Assembly: GCA_964016885.1 (NCBI GenBank)
Contig: OZ024753.1
Span: 7,068,001-7,132,000 of the forward strand
Length of the DNA: 64,000 nucleotides
Direction: 5' to 3'
Source: Eledone cirrhosa
Taxonomy: Eukaryota
Every line of letters starts with the position of its first letter. The first letter of the stretch is position 1. Made by a program: the position numbers and the translations under genes. A model generated the notes under the pieces. That model saw only the letters and a list, made by a program, of their open reading frames with translations, was not told the DNA's origin and made no database searches. Below are positions 1 through 12,715 of this stretch, one piece after another.

Positions 1-110
1 GAAGTTCTCCCAAGAGCTTACACAGAAATATATTTACTATGAAAGTAATGAGACAGGTTTCACTGCAATTAGAAACATATATATTTCAGGTCTAGCAAAA
101 TATCAAATAA

Positions 111-268
111 ATAATTGTTTCTACTTTTGGCACAAGGCCAGCAATTACCCAGTGCATTACTGGTACTTTATTTTATCGACCCCGTAAGGATGAAAGGCAA
201 AGTCAACCTCGGCGGGATTTGAACTCAGACCGTAAAGGGACGTAACTATGCTAGAAAGCATGGCGTCC
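111..268 (-). mobile_element. tRNA-derived SINE, main family, short-tail form, 5' truncated
   Basis: Reverse complement of GAGTTCAAATCCCGCCGAGGTTGACTTTGCCTTTCATCCTTACGGGGTCGATAAAATAAAGTACCAG...GCTGGCCTTGTGCC..AGTAGAAACAATTATT, repeated throughout the window; central part resembles the MetaSINE domain. Confidence 0.9.
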
Positions 269-292
269 ATAATGGTTCTTAATTTAAGCATA

Positions 293-440
293 GTGGAGGC
301 GCGTGGCTTAGTCTAAGCGTCTTGGACTTATGCTCATAATGTCGCGGGTTAGATTCCTGGGTTGGATTGTGGATTGTGTTCTTGAGCAAAAGACTTCATT
401 TAGCGTTTTTTCAATTCAATTCAATATATTTGGCAGAAAT
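293..440 (+). mobile_element. CORE-type tRNA SINE (second family), degraded
   Basis: GGAGGCGCGTGGCTTAGT A box, GGTTAGATTCC B box, then TGTGTTCTTGAGCAAAAGACTTCATTT CORE-like block; homologous to 700-851 and 13265-13551. Confidence 0.75.
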
Positions 441-699
441 TAAAACATAGATGTTTCAGCTGCCATGTAATGAGGGGAGGGGGGGGGGGGGGGGGGGCAA
501 CATTTACACAGTCCGAAACACAGTGGTCCAACACCGGTCCAATTTCGCCTTGAATTGTCGCGTGGTTGACACGTTGACTACTTCTTCTGGAAGCCGATTC
601 TAGGGTCCCCAGAGATGCGGATCGAGAAAGCAACTTTCCGTCTATTTAGGCGAAAGCGTTGCTGAAAATGACTACCAGCAATATACCTGGGGATTTAAA

Positions 700-851
700 C
701 CTGTGATGGACTGGCGTCATTTTCAGCCGAGTATACTGGAGCAACGTGAAATGAAGAGTTTTGATCAAGAACACAACACGCAACCCACGAATCGAACCCA
801 CGACGTTATGATCGTAAGTCCAACACCCTTATCACTAGGCCACGTGCCTCC
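700..851 (-). mobile_element. CORE-type tRNA SINE
   Basis: CTGGAGCAACGTGAAATGAAGAGTTTTGATCAAGAACACAAC...GGCCACGTGCCTCCA matches 13433-13551. Confidence 0.8.
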
Positions 852-859
852 ACTTATGG

Positions 860-1268
860 CATGTAAGTACGTTCTTTTACGATCTGAGTTCAAATCACGG
901 TGAGGTTAGCTTTGTCTTTCATTTTTAAAGGGTTGATAAAATAAAACACTAGCAACGCACTGGGGGTGATTTTATCAACATTCCCCACCCCGCAAATTGT
1001 TGGCCTTGTGCCTTAATCAGAAACCATTGTTATCATTATCAACATTTAGGGTGGTGGATTGGCAGTATCGGTAGAAGGTCGGACGCAGTGCTTTGCAGCA
1101 TAGAGTTACATCCCCTTACGTTCTGCTTTCAAATCCCGCCGAGGTTAACTTTGCCTTTCATCCTTACGGAGTCGATAAAATAAAGTACCAGTCACACACT
1201 GGGGTCGATTTAATCGACTTTCCCCTCCCACAAAATTGCTGGCCTTGGGCATATACAAGAAACCATTA
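860..1268 (+). mobile_element. Two tandem main-family SINEs (860-1030 degraded; 1049-1268 full length, long tail)
   Basis: A box TGGCAGTATCGG, B box TTCAAATCC, conserved body and tail. Confidence 0.9.
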
Positions 1269-1565
1269 TAGAGTCTCTATTTAAAGATGTAAAAATAATG
1301 TAATAAAAATTGTATTTTATTTTAGTTCTGATTTGTATTGTCTATTTATCTACATTAGATTTCTGTTTTGTGTGAAATGTGTTTTATTATTTCGTGTGTA
1401 ATATTATTATGTCATATATGTCTACCGCTAAAATAACATTTTACGAAATCTCTGCTTTGAATATGAACATTTCAATTTTAATTAATTTCTCTATTTTAAT
1501 AGTAGTTTTTGCATATTTCCTGGACCAAATGTATTTGTGTATCATGGTGATGCAATGAAGACATT

Positions 1566-2480
1566 TCATCATCATCTTCATCATCATCATAATCAGCATC
1601 ACCCGGCGGCCTCAGCCGAAATCGATTCAATATGGTGCCCTTACGCTTTCCGCATGAGTTTGGGGCTCATGCCAAGCCACATTATTTTATAAAGCTCCTG
1701 TTAGTAAGATTTAACACATGAGATATCGTTACCACCTCCACCACAATTACACACTTAACATGCTTGCTATGTTTGCTTCGTACACTCTAAACTCAGATCT
1801 TATCATCATCATCCGGCGGCCTCCGCCGAAATTGATTCTACAATTGATCTCCACGTGGGTCTGTCGTTCATTGCCGTTACCAAATCCTGGATTTCAATAC
1901 CAGAATCCCTGGAAATGACATCAGGATACCCCCCACTCCTGTTATTAATGACTGCTTGTGGTGTCCAAAGAACTAATGGGTACACAGCCTCAGAGGTGGC
2001 ACGATGGCAGTGGCCTGCAAATCAGGATAGGAGAGCTTGTGCCCCCTGTTATTAGTGACTGCTTGTGGTTTCCAAAGCACTAATGTGGACACAGCCTCAT
2101 AGGTGGCACGATGTCAGAGGCCAGCAAATCTTACTCTCCTTTTACGTACAACGATAGATATGCGTGGGGGGGGGGGGGGGGGCTGCCTATATCCCTCTCA
2201 AAATCATATGTCGTCACCTTATGTTCTGAATGTGTCGAAGTAGGCGAGTGTAGGTGCCATCAAGGCGATTTTATTGTTTGGATGGAAGCGTCCATGTTTC
2301 ACTTCCATATAGCAAGATTGGTTGAATTGTTACTTGGGAGAGTCTGATTTTGGGGTGGTTAGATAGATTTGAGTGCCAAACTCGATCCATCTTGTTGCAA
2401 GCTGACCTTGCTTGGGTCTTTCTGGTGATTAAATCCTTCTCAGAGTCCATGAGCCAGGACCCAAAAAGTTTCACGAGGAA
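1566..2480 (-). mobile_element. RTE-clade LINE 3' relics with (TGA)n tails, internally duplicated
   Basis: Minus-strand peptides FGSWLMDSEKDLITRK...PILLYGSETWTL (2271-2474) and YPDVISRDSGIEIQDLVTAMNDRPTWRSIVESI (about 1810-1930); (CAT)n at 1566 and 1802; duplicated block 1941-2010 / 2048-2112. Confidence 0.8.
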
Positions 2481-2534
2481 CTATTAAGTACATGGATTAT
2501 AATGTATTCGTATCATTTATAACTGTTAAGAATT

Positions 2535-3240
2535 GTATACGTTATATTCAGTATTCGTGCCCAATCTTATCTATGGTCATGAATCTTGGAAAATGACCGG
2601 AAGAATAAGATCAGGAATACAAGCATCCAAAATGAGACTCCTCCGATGGTTCTTTGGAGAAACGTTACTCAATAGAGTGCATAACTCGTAGATCAGAGTG
2701 CTCCGTCCAGATAGAGCCGCTAATTCTCCGAATTGAGAGATCACAGCCCTGATACTTTGGGAAAGTAGTTAGAATGTCTCAGGAAAGAATCGTAGGAGAA
2801 ATTTTAGGAACAAAACCAACTGGCTGGAAACCCAGAGACAGAACTCCGAGCAAGATGGTCGTATAACATCCAAGAGTTCGGCTTGTGTCGCTTCTTGGAG
2901 ATCCAATCGGATCAGATGGAGCCGCTTGCACCTGACACCACGCACTGGAAGGTGTGTTTGAGGACTGAGACCCCACGCCGCTCTCAGGAATAAGTGGGCG
3001 AAGAAGAATAAAAAGAAGAAGAATGAGAAGAAGAAGAAGTGAAAGAAGAAGTGAAAGAAGAAGAAGTGAAAGAAGAAGAAGTGAAAGAAGAAGAAGTGAA
3101 AGAAGAAGAAGAAGAAGAAGACGAAGAAGAAGAAAAAGAAGAAGAAGAAGAAGAAAAAGAAGAAGAAGAAGAAGAAGAAGAAGAAGAAGAAGAAGAAGAA
3201 GAAGAAGAAGAAGAAGAAGAAGATTAAAAGAAGAAGAAGA
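2535..3240 (+). mobile_element. RTE-clade LINE 3' relic ending in a (GAA)n tail
   Basis: Peptide IYGHESWKMTGRIRSGIQASKMRLLRW...RIERSQ...YFGKVVRMSQERIV with stops and frameshifts; (GAA)n 3000-3240. Confidence 0.8.
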
Positions 3241-3362
3241 AATGTGTGAATGAGGCTAAAGATGAGAGAAGAGGTAAATATAAATGAGGTGGGTTTATTT
3301 AAAAAAAATAAAAGGTGAGAGTTGATGATATTAAATCAAAGATTGGTGGGGCAAATATTTGA

Positions 3363-4920
3363 TATACACTACAAGATTTACATATATACTTATCGGCATA
3401 AACATTTGAACTCACAATATAAAGCATCCTATTCAAATATATGTTATACACTACAAGATTTACATATATACTTATCGGCATAAACATTTGAACTCACAAT
3501 ATAAAGCATCCTATTCAAATATATGTTATACACTACAAGATTTACATATATACTTATCGGCATAAACATTTGAACTCACAATATAAAGCATCCTATTCAA
3601 ATATATGTTATACACTACAAGATTTACATATATACTTATCGGCATAAACATTTGAACTCACAATATAAAGCATCCTATTCAAATATATGTTATACACTAC
3701 AAGATTTACATATATACTTATCGGCATAAACATTTGAACTCACAATATAAAGCATCCTATTCAAATATATGTTATTCACTACAAGATTTACATATATACT
3801 TATCGGCATAAACATTTGAACTCACAATATAAAGCATCCTATTCAAATATATGTTATACACTACAAGATTTACATATATACTTATCGGCATAAACATTTG
3901 AACTCACAATATAAAGCATCCTATTCAAATATATGTTATACACTACAAGATTTACATATATACTTATCGGCATAAACATTTGAACTCACAATATAAAGCA
4001 TCCTATTCAAATATATGTTATACACTACAAGATTTACATATATACTTATCGGCATAAACATTTGAACTCACAATATAAAGCATCCTATTCAAATATATGT
4101 TATACACTACAAGATTTACATATATACTTATCGGCATAAACATTTGAACTCACAATATAAAGCATCCTATTCAAATATATGTTATACACTACAAGATTTA
4201 CATATATACTTATCGGCATAAACATTTGAACTCACAATATAAAGCATCCTATTCAAATATATATTATACACTACAAGATTTACATATATACTTATCGGCA
4301 TAAACATTTGAACTCACAATATAAAGCATCCTATTCAAATATATGATATACACTACAAGATTTACATATATACTTATCGGCATAAACATTTGAACTCACA
4401 ATATAAAGCATCCTATTCAAATATATGTTATACACTACAAGATTTACATATATACTTATCGGCATAAACATTTGAACTCACAATATAAAGCATCCTATTC
4501 AAATATATGTTATACACTACAAGATTTACATATATACTTATCGGCATAAACATTTGAACTCACAATATAAAGCATCCTATTCAAATATATGTTATACACT
4601 ACAAGATTTACATATATACTTATCGGCATAAACATTTGAACTCACAATATAAAGCATCCTATTCAAATATATGTTATACACTACAAGATTTACATATATA
4701 CTTATCGGCATAAACATTTGAACTCACAATATAAAGCATCCTATTCAAATATATGTTATACACTACAAGATTTACATATATACTTATCGGCATAAACATT
4801 TGAACTCACAATATAAAGCATCCTATTCAAATATATGTTATACACTACAAGATTTACATATATACTTATCGGCATAAACATTTGAACTCACAATATAAAG
4901 CATCCTATTCAAATATATGT
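3363..4920. repeat. 82-bp minisatellite, 19 copies
   Basis: Unit TATACACTACAAGATTTACATATATACTTATCGGCATAAACATTTGAACTCACAATATAAAGCATCCTATTCAAATATATGT; only about 3 substitutions seen. Confidence 0.98.
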
Positions 4921-5074
4921 TTCAACATTGTTGGAATGCTGACTAATTTCCCTACGTAATAAAACTAAATAAAATAACTCATGACATGATATTTCATTGC
5001 ATGTATCCTTAGAATAATTAAATTCACCTCTAAAACATGGAGAACTAATTCAGAATAATGTATGACCTCCGTTG

Positions 5075-5088
5075 TATATATATGTGTG

Positions 5089-5140
<52 letters not shown>

Positions 5141-5198
5141 TGTGTGTGTGTGTGTGTATGTATATATATATATATATACATATGTATATGTGTGTGTG

Positions 5199-5235
<37 letters not shown>

Positions 5236-5240
5236 GTATA

Positions 5241-5285
<45 letters not shown>

Positions 5286-5458
5286 CATAAAATATATATA
5301 TATATATATATATATAATACATAAAATATATATATATATATATATATACACATATGTATATGTGTGTGTATATATATATATATAATATACATAATATATA
5401 TATATATATATAATATACATAATATATATATATAATATATATATATATAATATACATA

Positions 5459-5490
<32 letters not shown>

Positions 5491-5620
5491 CATAATATAT
5501 ATATATAATATATAATATATATATACATATATGTATATATATAATATATAATATATATGTATATAAATATATATATAAATATATATACATATGTATGTAT
5601 GTATGGATGTGTGTGTGTGT
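5075..5620. repeat. Compound (TA)n/(TG)n microsatellite
   Basis: Direct reading. Confidence 0.95.
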
Positions 5621-6209
5621 ACTATGCAGGCGAGTGAGTTTATGCATTTTTCTAACTCTTATATTTTTATACAGCCATATATACATTTTTTGGTTTAAAT
5701 TTTTCCTTTCCACAATAAAGTGTATATCACACTTAAAATAGACAATTCTGGAATATTTACCGTTCTTACTTCTAAGTTCGATGACGGAAATTTATCATTT
5801 TAATTCAATATTTGAATTTAACTGAAATATTAATGGGAATTGGAAGAACTGCGTTGGCACTGAATTCTTGCTGGAGTAGCTACATTAGTTGAATTTAATC
5901 AAATTTATAACATCAATTATATAGTAAAATGGCGCCTGTAAACCTCAAACAAAAATCACGTGTCTCATTAGATAACTGACCTGTGGATCAGTTTAATGAA
6001 GAGGTAATTAATCTATTTGACAGGGCTTTTCTAGATATATTGCGAGCAAATATTTGTTGCATTTTTTAAAATACATAGTAATAAAATGAACCTTTCCTCT
6101 TTTAAGCAGAGTAACAAATAAAACGGTCATGTTTTTCTTTGAAGTCATAAAAGGTATATTATAATTTGGTTAGTGATATGGATTAAATATCAGAGAGCTA
6201 TAGTTTCAG

Positions 6210-6315
6210 TACAGGCATCAATTAAGTAATGTGAAGAAAACCAGGACCAAAGACTTAAAGGCAATATCAGAGGCAGCTGAAAGGAGTTCCAGCTGGATTT
6301 GCTGAAAGTGGAACA
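6210..6315 (+). mobile_element. HERO-like (RLE-type) non-LTR retrotransposon C-terminal relic
   Basis: KTRTKDLKAISEAAERSSSWI(frameshift)LK resembles the HERO/NeSL C-terminus xISEAAERASxWLWLK. Confidence 0.6.
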
Positions 6316-6734
6316 AAGTTGACCTCCATACCGTTTGTGGACAACTTGTTTGTATTTTAGCGCACGCTGAGGTAAGTAACACTGAGTCAGCTCTGTTTGT
6401 AGTGTTGGCGGCGACGGTGAGAATGTTGACGTCACACTGCTACCATGACTACTAAAATTATTTTTCCTAACAGAAGAAAGCGTTTAAATATGAGTTTGAA
6501 AGAAGGGACAAACGGAGATAATTTCCGTAGATCTTGTTAACAAAATCTCCATACGGTTTAAATACACAACAAATCTCCGAGGTTAGAATGGTTAAATATC
6601 AGCAGAAGGGCACTTAGGAGTCATGATCTGGATGCATCCCGACCCCGTTGGAGTGTAAGAAGTTGAGGGCCGAAATACTCACTTGAAGAGGTGAGGGGTT
6701 CTTCTCTGAAGACCTGCTCTCTATCTCTCCTTCG

Positions 6735-7010
6735 TACCGGTCGCTCTCCGACAGATTTGCGGTCGTGCCCTTGCCAGTGGAGACTTCTGGTGTCCTTGGC
6801 CCCAGGGCTACTTCCCTACACACCACCATAGGCACTGAGCTGGCCAGCCGCAGGTGTGAGCTTCGCGAGATGGAATGGCTCTTCCAGCGCGTCTCCCTTA
6901 TCATCCTCCGGGGAAACGCCTTCTCCATTCTGTCAGCCGGGGCTGTGGGGAGGCAGCCAGCACGTGGAACCCTATTTGTTCACCATACAGAGAGATGGGG
7001 AGGGGTGAGA
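6735..7010 (+). mobile_element. CRE-clade non-LTR retrotransposon, restriction-like endonuclease C-terminus
   Basis: YRSLSDRFAVVPLPVETSGVLGPRA...REMEWLFQRVSLIILRGNAFSIL matches the CRE pattern F.P..VET.G..GP.A...L.QR.S....RGNA. Confidence 0.75.
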
Positions 7011-7525
7011 GATGGAGGCGATGACAGTGGGAGTTCGGCTCTTCCGTGTTCGGACCTGGTGTACGTGAGAGATGGGGAGAGCGAGAGAGATGGAGGTGAT
7101 GACAGTGAGAGTTCGGCCCTTCCACGTTCGGACCTGGTGTACGTGAGAGATGGGGAGGGCGAGAGAGATGGAGGCGATGACAGTGGGAGTTCGGCTCTTC
7201 CGTGTTCGGATCTGGTGTACGTGAGAGATGGGGGAGGGCGAGAGAGATGGAGGTGATGACAGTGGGCGTTCGGCTCTTCCGCGTTCGGATCTGGTGTACG
7301 TGAGAGATGGGGAGAGTGACAGAGATGGAGGCGATGACAGTGGGCGTTCGGCTCTTCCGTGTTCAGATCTGGTGTACGTGAGAGGTGGGGAGGGCGAGAG
7401 AGATGGAGGCGATGACAGTGGGAGTTCGGCCCTTCCATGTTCGGACCTGGTGTACGTGAGAGGTGTGGAGGGCGAGAGAGATGGAGGTGATGTCACTGGG
7501 AGTTCGGCCCTTCCACGTTCGGACC
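7007..7525 (+). repeat. 78-bp GC-rich minisatellite, about 7 copies, derived from the CRE 3' end
   Basis: Unit GAGATGGAGGCGATGACAGTGGGAGTTCGGCTCTTCCGTGTTCGGACCTGGTGTACGTGAGAGATGGGGAGGGCGAGA; a single-copy equivalent is at 37229-37272. Confidence 0.95.
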
Positions 7526-7857
7526 ATATCCTTGTGGTTAGAATGTGGGCTTCACTCATTTGAATCACATATAAATGTGGTTTATGTTATATATTAGAAC
7601 TGAGCTCAATACACACACATACGCAACTGTGTGGTGAGATCAACAAACCAGATGCTTTTGTATATTCTAATCGATGACTGAAAATCACGATCTTGTTTCT
7701 TAAAATCATCCTTAAGAAGTAAGTAGCCATGAGAACCAGCTTTTAGCTTTAATAACTGAACTGAATTCTGCTCACAAATTCCTATATATTCAAATTTGAT
7801 TATGCAAATTATGAAACATTTATTTTTCTCATTTATTTTGTTATTATTCAATATTAG

Positions 7858-8365
7858 GGTGAGTTGAAATCCCGCCGAGGTTAACTTTGTCTTTCATCCT
7901 TACGGGGTTGATAAAATAAAGTACCAGTCACGTACTGGGGTCGAATTAATCGAATTTCCCCTCCTCCAAAATGTCCTGCCTTGTGCCTAATAAAGAAACT
8001 ATTATATAACATATAGGGCGGTGGTTTGGCAGTATGGGTAGAGTGTCAGGCACCATGCTTTGCAGCATAGAGTTATGGCCCTTTACATCATGAGTTCAAA
8101 TCCCGCCGAGGTGAGCTTTGCCTTTCATTCTTAAGGGGTCGATAAAATAACGCAGCAGTAATACACTGGGGCCGATTTAATCAACTTTCCCCTCTCCCCA
8201 AATTTCTGGCCTTGTGCCTATATAAGAAATCAGTATTAGGGTGGTGGTTTGGCTTTGCAGCATGGAGTTACGGTCCTTTAAGGTCTTTGTTCAAATCCCG
8301 CCGAGGTCGATAAAATAAAGCACCAGTAATGTACTGGGGGTAAATGCTGGCCTTGTGCCAAAAGG
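7858..8365 (+). mobile_element. Cluster of three main-family SINEs
   Basis: Copies at about 7858-8003, 8016-8235 and 8238-8365. Confidence 0.9.
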
Positions 8366-8367
8366 TA

Positions 8368-8748
8368 GATAGATCAACCCTCAACACCAAGAGCACGTTT
8401 TGTAGGTGTTCCCGTCTCACCTCTGTTTGTCTTCCTCAACCTAGAGGTTTATATACAGAGAAGGCCCATTCACTCGGGCCATTTTCGCAACATTCACCCA
8501 CTTTTCAGCGAATTTACTGGGGTGTAGATTCTCTCTCTTCTCTTTCACCTTCCTTCTGACATGGTATTTAAAGGAGGAGATGAGTTGTTGTCCGGAGAGG
8601 AAAGTGTTTGCCCTCAGTGCTTTTATAGATAGATAGCCACAGGGGCACAAAAGAAGGGGACAAACACAAGGGGGAAGTTTAGATACAATAAAAACGTGTA
8701 AAATACTATCACAAATGCAATTTATAGATAGATAGGTTGATAGATAGG

Positions 8749-8786
<38 letters not shown>

Positions 8787-9250
8787 TGTTTCTTTATTAG
8801 CCACAGGGGTACAAAAGAAGGAGACACATACAAAGGGGGAAGTTTACATACAATAAAAACGTGTAAAATGTTATCACAAATGCAATTAAAAAAGTTAGTC
8901 GATTTTCCCCAATAGGGGGAGACAGTTTATATGGGTAACACATACCCCCGAAAAAAAATGTGCAACCCTCATCTCCAGGAGTACGAAGAGTTTGTACTCC
9001 CTTCCTCTCCTCCTCCTTTTCCTCAACCTACAGGCTGATATAGAGAGAAGGCCGATTCACTCGGGCCATTCTCGCCACTTTCACCCACCTTTCATAAAAC
9101 TTGCTGGGGTACAGCACCTCTCTCTCCATCCTGATTCTTCTTCCAAAGTGGTATTTGAAAAAAAGAATCAGTTGTTGGCCGGAGAGAAAGGTGTCTGACC
9201 TCAGCCCTTTCAACCTTGTCCACCATACAACCTCTTTCGCCATAGCTATC
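8368..9250 (-). mobile_element. Tx1/L1-type LINE 3' ends (two copies plus a duplicated tail) around a (GATA)n tract
   Basis: AKEVVWWTRLKGLRSDTFLSGQQLILFFKYHF..RIRMEREVL.PSKF.ERWV; tail CCCCTGTGGCTAATAAAGAAA; homologues at 38505 and 43120. Confidence 0.65.
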
Positions 9251-10149
9251 ACATGATAGATAGATAGAGAGAGAGACAGATAATAGCTATTTTACGTGAA
9301 TCATATTTGCCCACAAAAACACGCACTGAAAAGTACTGACGTCATGCTAGAATCGATGCGAAGTGGTTTCTACCTACGTTAAAATGACGTTATGTTGTTT
9401 ATGATGAGGGGCAGACAGAGGTCAGTGACAATGATGGCATACAAATACCTGACCTTTTTTTTGTGTGGTGGTGGGGGTGGGGGGTAGTCTATCTATAAAT
9501 ACTCGGCTGGGTCAGCTGCGATTGCTGATGCATTATGTAATTACTAAGTATCCTCCTACGTACATATATACACCGTATTGAAAGCAAACAGATGGTAGAG
9601 GGTGCATTGTTGGTATACGGAATAATATGAAGATGAAGGGGGCACGAATAGGAGGCGGAAAAAGGAGAAACGTAATGGAATAATCTGAGAAACGGAAAAT
9701 AATTATTTCCAACTAAATTTAGCCATTTTCCAATATATCTATCAACTATTAATAACAGATTTTTCATGTGCACATTCTTGACATTTATATTAAATCAACA
9801 TTTAAAGATGTAAAAATAAAATCATAACGAGTTTTTTTTTTATTATTCTATTTTGATATTAAATTTTATTTTTTTCATTATTTTCGTCCATACCATATTT
9901 ATTTCTGCGGAAATAGGAGGAATGCTTAGAAAGATTAAGAATGGTAATCTAAAAGCAATATATATGCGAGTTATTTTTCACTGGATTTCTACGCCAAAAA
10001 TAAGTATGAGAGGACATGTAAATGCTCTAAGCTTCACAATGGAATAATGTTGTTGCATTTGCAGTTATTACAGTGTATCGAAGAAGTCTTACAAATAACA
10101 GGTTTATTTTAGAAAATTAGTCTACTAACGTAGATGCATGCATAGTCCC

Positions 10150-10478
10150 GTAATACCTGATGGAGTAGTGAAGGCGGCATATTGACAGATGAGGTTTATA
10201 GAGCAATATTTAAACCTGGCAGAGCCCGTCTCTTCTCTAGGTCTGAAAACATTAGATTTCCTCCAGAGAAGTATCAATGGCGAGAGACTGGAAGAGAAAA
10301 GGTGATATAGAGGAAGAACCGACCCCAGTACTATACTGCTACTTTTTTTAATCGACCTCGAATGGATGGAAGGGAAAATTGAACTCAGCGTTATTCGAAT
10401 TCAGGCAGCAGAGAGTCGAAACAAATGCGGTGAGTTATTCAATCCGACATTCTAACAGCTCTGCCAATTCGTCGCCGT
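10150..10478 (-). mobile_element. SINE with the main-family head and body but an alternative 3' tail
   Basis: Tail block CCTGGCGGAGCCCATCCCTCTCCAGGTCTGAA shared with 18500, 36636, 36790 and 39597. Confidence 0.7.
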
Positions 10479-10717
10479 ACTAACCTATATAGTAATTGGG
10501 GAACGCTTCGTTTTTTACTAGGGCTCAGATTTACATGTATTTTCATGGGACTGACAGATTTTGGTGAAAAAAGAGCTCACTAAATGTCGATTCTTAAATT
10601 TACTTCGCTTAAATAATCCCTTACTAAATTAGACATAATATCAGTAGTGTAACATCCGTATCCATCTCATTGTTGATTAAGACGGTGTATGCAAGACGCC
10701 ATTATTGAATACACCCT

Positions 10718-11390
10718 GGACGGTGGATTGGCAGTGTCGCATAGAGTTACGGCCCGTTCCATTCTGAGTTCAAATCCCGCCGAGGTTAACTTTACCTTTC
10801 ATCCTTACGGAGGCGATAAAATAAAGTACCAGTAATACACTGGGGTAATTGCTGGCCTTGTGCCAAAAGTAGAAACAATTATTGAATAAACGCTGGGCGG
10901 TGGATTGGCAGTGTCGGTAGAGCGTCAGACACGATGCTTTGCAGCATAGAGTATTGGTCCTTTACGGTCTGAGTTCAAATCCCGCCGAGGTTAGCTTTGC
11001 CTTTCATCCTTACGGGGTCGATAAATGACAACATCAGTAATGCACTGGTTCGATTTAATCGACTGTCCCCTTTCCCAAAATTGCTGGCCTTGTGCCTAAA
11101 TCAGAAACCATTAATGTACTGACCCCGAGCACATGAGAGGCCGTGTTGACATCGTTATGTTTTTATCTAACAACTTACATACCTCGAACAAATATATTAA
11201 CTCATTTCATCCGAACCCTGCAACGATTCTAAAAACATTCAGTTTGCTGTCCTTTACGGTCTGGGGTCAAATCCCGCCAAGGTTAGCTTTGTCTTTCATC
11301 CTTACGGGGTCAATAAATTGCAGTGGGGTCGATTTTATTGACTTCCCTTCCCAAAATTGTTGGCCTTATGCTTAAATCAGAAACCGTTAT
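10718..11390 (+). mobile_element. Three main-family SINEs
   Basis: 10718-10882, 10895-11112, 11245-11390; repeated flank ATTATTGAATA at 10701 and 10878. Confidence 0.9.
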
Positions 11391-12232
11391 ATGGGAAGAC
11401 GAAATTAAAAGTTAGAAAATTTCATGTATTATTTTTTTACATCATATAATTAGTTGATATTATCTCTTCTTTTCTTATATACAATTATATATTCTATATT
11501 ACAAAATTATGCATTATTATCTAACATTCTTATATTATACAAATATATATTATTATCTCCTAGTTTATATTCTATAATTATGTTGTCTTTGTTATACTGT
11601 ATTGTAAAATTACACATTATAATCTGTTATTTCATAATGTATAATTTTGTATACATTATTTCATAATTCAATTATTTCATTTTATATCAAAAACTAAAAA
11701 CATAAACATTATTTTAGGCAAATTTGTATATTTCTTCTGACACTTTTTACTCACAATTTGATTTGAGTATACATAGATGGAAATCGGAATGACTAAGATT
11801 ATTATTGAAACTATTGATTTTAACATAAATCTCTTGTGACGCTAAACTCCGCCAGATTCAGACTGCGCATTAACATGTGATATCTCTTTCTACAAAGTTC
11901 CATCACCAGCAGCAGAGTTCAAAGAGCAAAGAACAAGACCAGTCCACAAGTTGACATAGACACAGACACCCAAATATCCGCAGAATGGAATATACGTTTA
12001 AGGTATAGCTCAGTTGTTTACTGGTATATATATTCGATCAAGATTCAAAGACAAACGGCAAAGTTAACCTTGGTAAATTCAGATATGTATTGAAATTGAG
12101 GTGTATTGAATCCACCAGGTTTTGACAAACTGCCCTAAGAAATGCCGTTTATAACATAAACAGAAGACCAGGATATGTGGGAAAGGGTTACTTGATTAAA
12201 TAGGCCCCAGTACATAGTCGGTACATTATTTT

Positions 12233-12335
12233 AATCCCGCCGAGGTTAACTTTGCCTTTCGGGGTCCATAAAATAAAGTACCAGTAATGCACTGGGGTAA
12301 TTGCTGGCCTTGTGCCGAAAAGTAGAAATGATTAT
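12233..12335 (+). mobile_element. Main-family SINE 3' fragment
   Basis: ATCCCGCCGAGGTTAACTTTGCC...AGTAGAAA. Confidence 0.85.
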
Positions 12336-12507
12336 TCTATTGGCCGCGGGGCGCATGAAAGGCAAAATTAGCGTCAACGTGTTTTCAGAGTAATATGATA
12401 ATTATTGTACTCAGCCATGTAGAGCGATAAACCATGTGTTAGTTATTTGAATATGGCAAAGCCGGCCATTAATCGCTTGTATACAGGAAACCGTCTGGCC
12501 TAGCTGC

Positions 12508-12600
12508 TGATATGCAAATCTAGCTGATCAGTGGGTTTGCTAATATGCAGATCTGGCTGATCAGTCAGTCTGCTAATATGCAAGTCAGGCCGATCAGTCT
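12508..12600 (+). promoter_or_regulatory. Three 33-bp repeats carrying octamer or octamer-like motifs
   Basis: ATGCAAAT 12512, ATGCAGAT 12545, ATGCAAGT 12578, each followed by a CTGATCAG-like palindrome. Confidence 0.5.
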
Positions 12601-12654
12601 CTGTATATTTTAGAAATATCATATATTTTCACTAGCTTTGACAGTGGGCAGGTA

Positions 12655-12715
12655 AACAGTATACTGTACTGATGAAGGGTAATCACTCAGAAATATTAGT
12701 GCCTGCAGTTCTGTT
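12655..12715 (+). ncRNA. Type I hammerhead ribozyme motif (cleavage triplet mutated GTC>GCC)
   Basis: AACAG-TAT-ACTGTA CTGATGA A GGGT aatc ACTC A GAAA TATTAGTG CC TGCAGT-T-CTGTT. Confidence 0.8.

Noticed and set aside
629-663. Hairpin AGCAACTTT..CGTCTA/TAGGCG..AAAG.GTTGCT
   Set aside because: Single occurrence with no recognisable motif
1049-1140. tRNA genes at A box/B box pairs
   Set aside because: All are SINE heads continuing into the SINE body without a cloverleaf
3023-3253. Poly-R/poly-E ORFs; also poly-L at 18056 and poly-V/S/T at 62338
   Set aside because: Trinucleotide microsatellites
3363-4920. CRISPR-like array
   Set aside because: No unique spacers, no cas genes, eukaryotic context
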